DNA from: Prasinococcaceae sp. CCMP 1430 | Lineage: Eukaryota > Plantae > Prasinodermophyta | Length of the DNA stretch: 64,000 nucleotides | Assembly (NCBI GenBank): GCA_013416795.1 | Contig: RQSC01000026.1 | Span: forward strand, 740,335 to 804,334 | Direction: 5' to 3' | In this document: positions 8,862 to 19,313 of the stretch, piece after piece | Position numbering within the stretch: the first letter of the stretch is position 1 | How the letters are laid out: each line of letters begins with the position of its first letter | Notes under the pieces: generated by a model | Told to the model about the DNA's origin: nothing | Database searches by the model: none | What the model saw: only the letters and a program-made list of their open reading frames with translations | Translations under genes and position numbers: made by a program

Positions 8862-11360
8862 TCAGCGGAGTGCGAACGCACGCGACACGCATTCCTCGTA
8901 GTCTGGTCGGCCGATGATATAGTCTTTGTATTCGACCCTTGTAAGGTCTGTTTTGACAGCTCCGAGCATGTCGGCCACCGACGACGTGTCCACGAAGGGC
9001 TTAGCGCCGGCGGTAAAAGGGAACTCACGCGGCGGGCGCCAGCTGGGTTGGCCGCGCCAAATTTGTGTATATCCATGCGTCCACAACAGTTGGAGCACAG
9101 CGAAGGAGGTGGGCCTGTCGATGTGCGATAGGCGCGGTCGCTGTGTCAGGTGACGGACCACGTCCGTGGGTTGCGGGCGCGCGCGCGCAGCCACGCGCGG
9201 CATATCGAGCCGAAGGCGCACACACCTGTCGCCGGTCTCAAGTATGACCCAGCACGGCGGCTGTTCCGCGAGCCACGCAGTAGCAGAGCTTAGAGCCAAA
9301 AATTCCGAGTCCTCGACGTCGAACTTTGCCACTAGCACGTTTGGCCACTCAGACTGCGGAACGCGCGTGGTATGGCCTCCGTCGCCGCCTTCTGCACACG
9401 CCGCGCCGCGTAGGGCGTTGGCCAAGGTCGTAACGCCCGCGAGCGCTTTGGGCGGGCATCGATCCCTGGCAGTCATTGCCTTGCCATTGCGCGGGCCAAA
9501 CATGCCTTGGCCGCCAAGATTGTTTTCGGTCTCAGTCGAAAAGCACACGCCGTCGTCTTTGCGTATCACTTGCACGCCCGCTGGCGAACTCATCGCGAAC
9601 GGAAGTAGTTTGGTGATGCCGACGCTTGTAGCGGGGGGGGTACGAACAGGGCCGGTGGAAGAGGCGTGCCCTGTAGCGTTCGAAGATGCCGCATCCGCCG
9701 CGGCGATGAGTGCCATCTCCTTCGCCAGGCCGGCAGCGAGAACGTTGGCAGCCGCGACTGCTGCGTTCGACGCGAGCCCCTCGACGCCGAAGATCGGCAC
9801 CTGTGGGGGCAACGCCGCGCGCAGTGGTGCCAGCCAATCGCCAATGTTGGTCCCGACGTCAAGGAATGCAGGCCCGCCGCACGCCAGACCTTGGGGCCAG
9901 CGCAGCCCTGTGGTCGGATCAAGCGTGCCGACATCATCAGCGAGTATTTCTTGGCCGTGCACTGCATCGGATCGCACATCAATGCTGGCTTTTGCGTCCC
10001 CATGTCGAAGGCTTTCAGGTTCGCCCTCGTCGTTTGGGAACGGGGACGTAGCAGGAGCAGTGCGCTTGCGGAGCTTGGCTGCGGTCCGCGCGGCGTGCGC
10101 GAAGGCGCGCGGCACCCACGACCACAGATCTTTCTCCCATCTGAAGCCCGTCACAAATTCATTGCTCACCAAGTCATCTGCCCATGCGCACGTTTCGATG
10201 GCCGCCACCCGTGCTTGCTGGTAGCTCGAGCTTGCGGGCAGCGTGAGGTTTTGCGTGGCGCAATTGAGGGGACGGCTTTGAATCGCCGTGGCGATCGTGC
10301 GCAAGGCGCCAGGGCCGCCAGCAAGCGCGCGCGCCTGCGAGCAGAACGATCAAGGCAGCATTAGCAGTCACAGCAGTCACACGAAAGGGGAGAGGGATAA
10401 AAAAATACGTCGATCGCGGGTGTGATCACACGGTGAATGGTGTTGCCAGTCAGCGCAGATTGCGGTGCCGCGCCGGTGCGCACGCATGAGAACGCTTTGC
10501 TTGACGAGGTGTACGCGCGCGCTTACCACGGACGACGCGTTGCCTCTCTCGGCGACGGCAAACGTCATCTGCGGAATGTTGGCATGAAAGGCATTGAAAC
10601 GCTTGTCCCCGCCGCTGTACAGCAGCTGAGCCGGACCGTTGCGCTTGTCATCCACAATGGTGCGTTGGGCGAGCCGTGCAGTTGCCGCCAGCTGGTTGAG
10701 CTCCGCCACCGAGCTGCTCAGTGTGGCAGGCGTGAGGTCTATCCAGCCGTAGTCTGCTCGCACAACGTCCGTGTGTGCATTCGCCGAGCGCATCGCGCCA
10801 CGAGACATCCCGCGAATGCGATCAGCGCTGCTGCTGTCGCGGCGCGCCATCCCATGCCAACTCGCGGCCGTGCGGCCAGATGACAGATTGCCGGCGATAC
10901 TCGTCTCGACGGTGCCAGCAAGCGCAAAGATCTCGCGCACCATGCGCACCCGTCGTGCGCGCTGCGCAGTGTCAAACGCGCGCACCTGCGCAGCACGCGC
11001 GACCACAGCGGCCGCGTGTTCGCGAGCGGTGGCGTTTTGCGCCGCGCCAACCGATGGACCAACTCTGGCCACAGTCACGCTCTTCACTTGGAATGGCGTT
11101 GCAGCGCTGGGATCGGACGCCTTCTCGAGCGCGCGCGCGCTCGCATCGCCGAAGGGCGTCACGAAGAGGTCTGCCCGCGGCAGCGGGCGTCGGGATGCGG
11201 TGCCGCCAAGCAATGCCGTCCACGCGAATGGAAATGTCTCGGCGCCACCAGCAGCATCGGCGAGCAGCCCCCTACTCTCGCGTTGGTGCCCGCCCGCTCC
11301 TCGCGCCTCGCCTGCGAGCAGCACGAGCACGCCGCGCGCCGCTGCGCCCGCGGCCGCCAT
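8862..11360 (-). CDS. FkbM-family SAM-dependent methyltransferase fused to a long uncharacterised N-terminal region (about 731 aa)
   Basis: complement(join(8862..9114,9226..10334,10527..11360)) splices in frame with GTAAGC and GTGTGT donors. Motifs FLDVGTNIG, FGVEG, LLPFAMS, KFDVEDSE, VILE and LL..HGY. Short hydrophobic N-terminus. Confidence 0.75.
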
Positions 11361-11957
11361 GCGCGCGCCCGCGCGCGCGCATCGCCGGCCAAGCCTGGCT
11401 CGCCCAGTGCCAGCCGCCACCGCAGCCTCAGGGTACCGAACGCGCGCCCGTCAGGGCGCGCGCACTGTGCCGCCTTCCCCTCAAACACACACCCTGCCCC
11501 ACCCTCCTGGTACCAGGCACTGTCAACAGCGCGCTGTAATTTTTGGCGAACAGCCAATTTCCCGGCGGTGCGCGCGGGCGGGCGCCGGTGCGCCTGCGCG
11601 GGCGCCCGGCACGCGGGCACGAATCGGCGACCGGGCGGGGTGAGGACGCTCAGCAGCGCACCGGGCGTGCTCCGCACGTGCGCCTGCGGGCGGGCGGGTG
11701 GGTTAGGGGATGCGTGCGTGTGTGTGTGGTGTGTGGTGGGTGCGGCGCTGCGGCCGAGCGTGGGCGTGATGGAACGCGCAGAATTTATTTCGCGCGCGGG
11801 AAATTGCACGAGCCCTCCCAGGGGTGGGGGCGTGCTGGCTTGGGCGCCGCGCTCAGCGCGCCGATGACTGACTGTCCTCGGTGGCATGCTGTGACTCTGG
11901 CGAGGACTAGCACCAGACGGCTCTCGCCGTTTGCTCGGCGCGAGGCGGCGCGACGAG

Positions 11958-12779
11958 CTAGCGTCCGTCAGCTGACGACGACGACGGCAACGGCGACGAA
12001 GATCCGGCGCTGCGTAGCATGGCGGCGATATCGCCGTGGCCATTCTCCTCGGCCACCTGCAGAGCCGTGGTCCCGTTCGAATCGCGCCTGGACGTGTCGG
12101 CGCCTGCTTTGATCAACACTTCCACGCATTCGCGGTGGCCACGCATGGCGGCCACTGCGAGGGCGCTGCACACATCAGGTAGGTCCTGATACCAAAATGG
12201 AGAATCGCCCGAATAATACGTCGCGTCTGCATTTTCTCCGCGTTCGAGAAAAAGCTGGACAACGTCCGACACGCCCTCACGCGCCGCGGCTAGTATGAGG
12301 TCGTCAAAGTTTCCTCCAAACTGAGTAGACATGATCTGCTCGGTAAGCCGGCGCAGGATGTCCCGCGCCACGTCGCGCCCCTCACGTGCCATGCGCACGG
12401 CGGCCGCGTTGGATCCGAGCGCGCGCGTTGCGAGCAGCATCGCCCCGCGCACGTTCCCTGCCCGGGCTCTGAAATTGCCGGAGCCCCCGGCGACGTCGGC
12501 GTCAAACACCTCGGTCCCCGGGCGCGCGAAGCTGAACGATGCCTTGGCCGCCTTGCACAGTACATAGTCGATTTGATCGCCAAAGCCATCCTCCACGCGC
12601 CATGTCACGAGCCAGCGGACGGCGGCCCGCGCCGATTCGAGCTCAGCGCGTGCCGCACGCACAGCGGCCACTGAGACGCCAAGCGCCTGCGTAGCGAGCA
12701 AGAGCGCCTGGCGCGCGCGCTCCGCGCGCGTCGCGTCGTCGCCGCCACCCCGCCCCTGCTCCGCCACGCCAGCGGACAT
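11958..12779 (-). CDS. Ankyrin-repeat protein (start may lie further upstream)
   Basis: AAREGVSDVVQLFLERG, ALAVAAMRGHRECVEVLIKAGAD and GTTALQVAEENGHGDIAAML. Confidence 0.75.
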   Translation of the reverse strand: MSAGVAEQGRGGGDDATRAERARQALLLATQALGVSVAAVRAARAELESARAAVRWLVTWRVEDGFGDQIDYVLCKAAKASFSFARPGTEVFDADVAGGSGNFRARAGNVRGAMLLATRALGSNAAAVRMAREGRDVARDILRRLTEQIMSTQFGGNFDDLILAAAREGVSDVVQLFLERGENADATYYSGDSPFWYQDLPDVCSALAVAAMRGHRECVEVLIKAGADTSRRDSNGTTALQVAEENGHGDIAAMLRSAGSSSPLPSSSSADGR

Positions 12780-13069
12780 GCCGGCGCACACGGAACCCAG
12801 GAGGCGCCTTGCGTCCGCGCGCTGAGCGCGTTGAGCGCGCAGACTGGCGCCCTCTGGCACGTCGCTCTGTATTTCTGCCAAACGAAACAGCCGCACAGAT
12901 ATCAAGCAGTGCCACACCGCGCTCCCCAGGCGCCCGCAAAAAGCGCGCGGCGGAGGGGAGGAAACCAGGGGTGCGCTGGGCGCGGGGGTTAGCCGTGCCC
13001 GTAGGACGCGCTTCCAACGCTGGAATCCAGGTTCGGTGGCGTGGCGGTGCAGGCACTCCTCTGCGCGTG

Positions 13070-13836
13070 ATGGCGCCCGCGGCGACCGCGAAGGGAGGCA
13101 GCGGCGCCGCGGCGTCGAAAGGGGATGCGGGCGGCACGTCTTCGCCGGCTGCAATGCCCGAGCCACCTGCGCTCTCTGATATCCGTCGATTCGTCCTACC
13201 GCTCTGGGGTGGCTCGCTGTGCGCGCTTGTGTTGCTCGGCGGCCTTTCGCGCCTGCTGGTGGTGCTAGGCACATTTTCGGCGTGCGTGCTGTACCTGAAC
13301 AACCCATACAACTCAACCGAAGGGCGCGAAGCCGCATGGAAGAAGCTTCATGAGGCGCGGGCCGCCTTTAAGGCCGCGAAGGTCGAGGGCATGGCCAAGG
13401 AGGGGAGGCGCCTCGGCCTATTGGGCAGCATGCTGGCGTCGCCGGTGAAGAGCGCCAACAGAGCACTCTCCAGAGAGAAGGTCATGCAGAACTATGTTTT
13501 CTTCTCGTGCGCGTATATCGGCGGCACGTCGGACGAGGCAGACACCGAGCACATGGTGCGTGTGGTTTGTCACCAGCTCTGCCAACAAGCGGTTGCTGCG
13601 ACTGCGACTGACACAATGCGCTCATCCGCACGCCGTGCTCTGTCCGCAGGCAGTGGGGATCATGTCGCAGTGGTAAGGCCGTTCAGCCAGCCGCCAGCGC
13701 ACTTGACCGCGTGCACGAGGGCGCGCGCCGCCGCGCGCTGACGCACCCCCACGCGCATATGTGCACATATAGGTACGTCTTCTCACTGCCCGCGACGAAC
13801 GCGGCGATAGACGTGGCTTTCAACAAGCGCAAATAA
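13070..13836 (+). CDS. Small membrane protein, DUF4359-like (family call tentative)
   Basis: join(13070..13555,13650..13672,13773..13836) with canonical GT-AG sites. An N-terminal hydrophobic hairpin and YLNNP are followed by QNYVFFSCAY...AVGIMSQWYVF after splicing. Confidence 0.65.
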
Positions 13837-13959
13837 GCGGGGGGTTGCCTTCACGGCACCGCGCACCACGGAAAGAGTGAGCCCCAGGCAGAGATGCTGT
13901 GCACTGGGCCGCAGCTCGTAGCCCTATCATCTTGTAGTCTAGTCTACATGTTGTTACAG

Positions 13960-16900
13960 TCACATCAGGTCATTGACCGTGTCCATCTCCAGCTTGGGCG
14001 CCGGAGCCAGCTTGGGCTCCGACCTTGCGCGGCCCCCAGCCCCACTTCCAGCGAGCTTGAACGTGCGCGTCGGAAGCTCCGAGCCTTGCTCGTCCGCCAG
14101 GGCGTCCGCCTCGAGCACGAGGCGGCGTATCTCGCGGCGCTCGACCTCCTGCGCGCGCTCCGCCTCGCGCCGTGCCGCCACCAAGCTGGTGGCTGTGGGA
14201 ATAGCAAGCAGTCCAGTCTTGCTTTTCCCCTTGATCAGGCACCTGAAATTCATCGTGCTCGGCGCCGTCGCGTCGGACGCATCGCCGCGGGTCTGCGATC
14301 CCGCTGGCGCGGTCGGCCGCGTGGGACCGCCCTCCACGCCCGAAGCCATGCCGGCGATCGAGCTGGTGGAGGCAGTGGCTGCGTCCGCCATGCCCAACAT
14401 GCCTTTGCCGAGGAAGCTGGCCATCTCGGCCTCAAATGCTTCCACATCCTCTGCGCTCGCCTGAGGGCGGCTGCGAAGGCGGGCCCCGCGCTCCTCGCGC
14501 TCCTCAAGCTCCCCATCGGAGCTGCTGCTGCCGTCGCTGCTGCTGTAGCCATCCATCTCGGCGTCCTCCGCGCCGCTGCCGTCCTCTTCCTCGCTCATGT
14601 CTTCGGCATCGCTCTCACCCTCATCGCTCGATCCGTCTTCAGCTTCCTGCGCAAACAAAAGGTCCATATTGTCGTCGTCGTCGGCATCGACCTCCTCGAC
14701 GTCGGCATCCGCACGCGGGGCTTCCTCAGCGTCGAGCGCTTGCGCTGCGGCGGTGGCTTCCTCGAGGTTGACGAAGCGCACGAGCCGCGGGCGCAGGCGC
14801 TCGAAGACATCCTGCACGGCAAACTCAAGCTCAAAGGGCAGCTCATCCACGGGTAGCGGCTGCTCGGCTGGGTCCTCAGTAGCTGCACCTCCGTCCGCGT
14901 CGGCGCCGGAGGCCGTCAGCTCAGCCTGCGATGAGGATCGCGGTGCCCTCTGTTGCTGTCCGTCTTCCGCGGTCACTTCCTCATTCGCCCGTGCCTTGGC
15001 AAGCACATACTGTTGAAAGCGAACGATAAATGCGTCAACCGTCGTCCTGCCCTTGCGTGTCTTGTCGAGAGTCTCGCCGCACGCCCCCAAGAGGCGCAGG
15101 CACAGCCTCGCACGACCCCAATCCGTGGGAGGATCGCTGGTGGCTGCGTGCTTAGCGGCGCGCGCAGCGACTGCCATGGCCTCCTTCGTGGTGTCAACGC
15201 CCGGGTTCGCAGCGGATGCTGCGGCGGCGGCGGCCGCCGCCGCTGCGGCCGACGCGTGTCCCCAGGTGAGCAGCATGTTGAGCGTAGCGAAGATGAGGGG
15301 GGCTGGTACAACTTTGACGTTGTGCAGCTCTGCAAGCAGACCAGCCAGCGCGAGCTTGCGCTGCGCCAGCCGCGCGTCGTTGTCTTCCACCGCCTGGCGC
15401 AGCTCCTCCAGCACGCAGTCGACCACGCCGACGTGCAGCTCGGGCCGGTACAGCCGCAGCGTGGCCAGTGCCACTGCTGCCGCAGGCGCCGAGTGCGACC
15501 GTTGAACGACAGCCTCGAGCACGCACTCTTCCACGAGCTCGCCGCAGCGCGCCCAAGGCAAGCGTCGCACCTGCTTGACAATGCGTGGCACCGCGCGCTT
15601 GCCTCTGCCGAGCCCCCCGATGACGAGATCGCGAACGTATAGCTCAAGTGGCGTGAGTGTCCTCACGCGCGCGACGGCCCGCTCCGGAGGGCGCGTAGCG
15701 AGCATTGCGGATTCGATGAGCGATGTGTGCCGCGACTCCAAGTTCCTCGCCGATGCGAGACGCTTGAGCTTGTCAAGGTTTTGTGCCATGCGCTCGGCCG
15801 ACAGCGGCGTGAGGAGCAGGTAGCGTCCGCACGATTCAAGCAGAGCGCAGAGCACGTCGATGTTTTGCCCGGACAAATCCCGCAGCAGCGCCTCCATGTG
15901 GCGGAGCACGTCAGATGGCGGCACGATGCCAAATTTCGCGAGCTCGCCCATGTAACGCGCATTCGCGAGGCGGTTCTCAATGCCATGCATGCCATCCACC
16001 GATGAGGTCGTGTGCCCCCTCGCCGCACGTCTGCGCGCAAAGTCGTGCTGCACCACATCGACCACGTGCATGGCCACTTCGGTGTAGTGCGGCGCGATGG
16101 TGGCCACGAGCCGCGCATAGTGTGCAGCGAGGTCGGGTCGGGAGCGCGGCACGGCCTCCAGTCGACGCGCCAGGCGCTTGCGACTTGCTTTCGTGCTCAT
16201 GAGGCAGAATTCGACGGCCTTCTTGTCGACGTCCTCCCGCGTGCTCAGATCCGAGTCCAGCGTCTCCTCGAACGCGTCCATGCGCACGCACGCTTTGTCA
16301 AAGGTCGATGCACCATCATTATTTCCGTCGTCACTCGTGGCTGTTGCCTCGCCAGCCACGTCCTCGATTGTATTTCCGTCCTTGTCCTGCTCCCCCCCGC
16401 TCGGGGCCTTGCCCTTGCGCTCTTCGCCGAGCAGAGCGCCCGGCACGTGCGCTCGCAGCTCTAGCAGGTCCTGGTAGTAGGCGCGCTCGTATTCGTCGTC
16501 GAATGGGCCGAGCCTGTCGTCGCTGATGTCCGCCGCGGTGTGCCGCACGACACCCACGGTCCCTTGGACTTGTGCCGCCCCATCGTCTTGCGCGTCCTCC
16601 AGCGCTGGCACCGAGCGGCCCAGCACCTCTGCCAGCTTGCCGAGCGAGGACTGCAGCGCGTCAAACGCCTCACGAACACGCAGGTATTTCTCTCGTTTCT
16701 CTTTGGACTGGTCGGCGCTGCCCGCTTTGATGGCGCTGCGCTCGGCGCTGACCTCCATTTGGCGCAAGGACCGGTAGGCATTCAGCAGCACCTCCTCCCT
16801 CCCATCCATGAACGTGCCGAGGGCGCTCAGCAACACCTGTCGCTGGTCCTCACGCACGATCACGAGCTTGCCGAAGAGCCCGTCGCCATCGGCGGCGCCG

Positions 16901-17977
16901 TCGTCTACGGCTCCAGTCGGGGCAGCTGAAACACCGTGTGTGCCGTCCCCGCGCTCGCCACTCTCGCTCTCCACGCTCCCGGCCCCGCACGCAGACTGCG
17001 CGGTGCTGTGCGCCTGCGGAGCCCCCGGCGGCGGCGGGGGCCGTTGCGGGATATCGAGGCCCAGGAAGGGCCACTGGCCCTGCTTGGCGAATGCCAGCAC
17101 TAGAGCGAGTGCTTCGGCGGCCTCCTCTCCGTCCCAGGGCTCGCGCGGCTTGAGGAGGCCGCGAACAAGCCCAACGAGCCCCGACAGCGACGGCTCGACG
17201 CCCGAAGCGACTAGCTCACATAGCAGCCGCAGCGCCGACCTGCGGCGCGCCATCGTCGCATCAGCGGCATCATCCGATTGACCGGCCGCGATCTTTTGCA
17301 GTCTAGAGGCCACCGCAGCGCCAAACCCCTCGTAGCGGCGGTGCAGGAGCCAGCACGCCCTCGCTGCCGACATAATGTCCGTGGATTTCAGCTTGGCATC
17401 GCACACCGCCACGGCGGCCTCGGGCACGTATTTCGACAAGTTGACCTTGGCGAGGTCCACGAGGGTCGCCGCCTCGGTGTCCTCGCTGATCTTGCTGAGC
17501 TTCTTTAGCGCGCCCGTGCATCGCTTAATGGAAGAGTCCAGGGTCTTGAGGAAGGCCTCCGAGGGCCGCTCGGGGGAGAGGTTCGCCGCGCGTGCCTCGC
17601 TGCGCACAGCAGCCGCCGTGACCGCGGCGGCGTAGCGCTCCTCCGCGGCGGCGCGCTCGGCCGCGGCGCGTTTCGCAGCCTCCTCAGCCTCGCGTCGCGC
17701 GGCCTCGAGCGCTTCAGCCTCGGCTTTGGCGCGCGCAGCGGCCTCTTTCTGCGCTCTTCGCTTGGCCTCCTCCGCCTGCGCGCGAGCTCGATCGGCCGCC
17801 GCGACGGCCTCATCAAACGCTGCCCCCTTCTTCCCGCCGCCGCCGCGCCCGCCGCTGCGCCCTCGCCCGGCCGCTGGAACCCCAGCAGCCCCCGGGCCCC
17901 TACCACCTCCCCTGCCTCCCTTCACGCCTCGGCCCTTTCCCCGCCCCCCTCCGCCCTGGCCGCCGTCGCGGCCCCCA

Positions 17978-18012
<35 letters not shown>

Positions 18013-18186
18013 CGGCTGCCGTTGCTTCTGCCGCAGCGGGCCACCGCCGTCCGCCCTCCTCGCCTTATCGCCGTCACCCGCGCTCCCGCCGTCTTTCCTC
18101 CCGCCTCCGCGGCCGCCCGCGCGCCCCGCGGCGCGCCCGCCGCCTCCGCTGCTGCCCTCGCCGCCGCCGGGCACGCCGCCCATCAC
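13960..18186 (-). CDS. UPF2: Regulator of nonsense transcripts 2 (UPF2)
   Basis: RAANL...LDSSIKRCTGALKKL, LSKYVPEAAVAVC, three MIF4G-like helical domains (NARYMGELAKFG, LAGLLAELHN), an acidic stretch, and a C-terminal UPF1-binding region (FRCLIKGKSK...ERREIRRLVLE). Single exon, 1408 aa. Confidence 0.95.
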
Positions 18187-18457
18187 AGCGGCCGGCGCCC
18201 GACCGATCGCCGGCGATCACTTGCCGCACCGGATGATACAAGCGCGGCGTTGCCGCGTCGCGCGGCCCGGGAGAAGGCACGCGCCTGTGAAGGGGGAGCG
18301 GCGACGGGCAGGCAGGGAGGCACGCGCACCGAAGGCGCGCGTCTATGGAGAGGGGCGGCGGCCCGCCGCCCAGCAGGGTGGGTGGGTGGGGCGCGCGCGC
18401 GCTCGGGCCCCGCTGTGTGGCACCTTTCCCTCTCCTCCGGCCACCGAGTCCGAGATC

Positions 18458-18568
18458 GCGTGCTTTTTGACCTCATTATCCGAATGCGCGTGCTTTTTGA
18501 CGAGCGCGAAGGAAGGGGCTGAGGTGCACGTGCTTTTTGGTACGGGCCTGGGGCGCGTGCTTTTTGAC
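18458..18568. promoter_or_regulatory. Four copies of (G/A)CGTGCTTTTTG in the UPF2 / coiled-coil divergent promoter
   Basis: Copies start at 18458, 18488, 18528 and 18555. Confidence 0.55.
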
Positions 18569-19056
18569 GTGGCAGCGCGCGACGGTCCAAATGCGGCCGA
18601 AATTCGGCGGCAGTTCCCCGGGGCGCCGGGCCGGCGCGCACAAGGCGGCGCGGCGTCCGGCGGTCACCGCCTGGCCGCTCATCCTCATCTCTTCGGCGGC
18701 GGCGGACGCGGCGGCGGCCGCTTCGGCGGCGGCGGCGGCAGGTACTGACTCATTAGGAGCGAGCAAGAAACGCACTCTTTGTACACGACCACGACGCCCG
18801 CCGCGCCCACCGCCGCGCGCGAGCGATCCGCGCCTCCGCCTCGAGCGCCAGCACCGCCCCGACGACGCGCCTCCCACCCCCGCCCGGCCCCCCACACACG
18901 AGGGCAGCCGCGCCACGCACGCAGCTGGCTCCACCGAGGGGGTGGCCACACACAGGTGCCGACGCGCACCTGGCAGAGCATCCCACCCTCCCTTTCCCTT
19001 GAGCTGTTCCGTGGATGGGCCACGGACATTCCGGCTTTAGGCTGGGACTTAGTCTG

Positions 19057-19092
19057 TATAAACCCGGGTATTTCTATATAAACCCGGGTATT
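19057..19092. repeat. Direct repeat TATAAACCCGGGTATT x2 (20-bp period)
   Basis: Copies at 19057-19072 and 19077-19092. Each has a TATA-like 5' end and the palindrome ACCCGGGT. Confidence 0.85.
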
Positions 19093-19313
19093 CCAAACCC
19101 TTACTCAGCGCGCGCGGAGGGTGCGCAGCGGCGGCGGCCGGCGGCCGGCGGCCGCCGGCTGCCGCAGGCCCGCCAGGCAAGGCGCCGCTGCGGTGTCGTC
19201 GTCGTCCGCCCCCGTCCGTGGCACCACCGCGCTGTGGCTCCTGCGGCGTCCGGTCCTGGGCGAAGAAACGGAGTGCCGAGTCAGACTGCTCCAGGGGAGC
19301 TCTTTCGCCAGTG

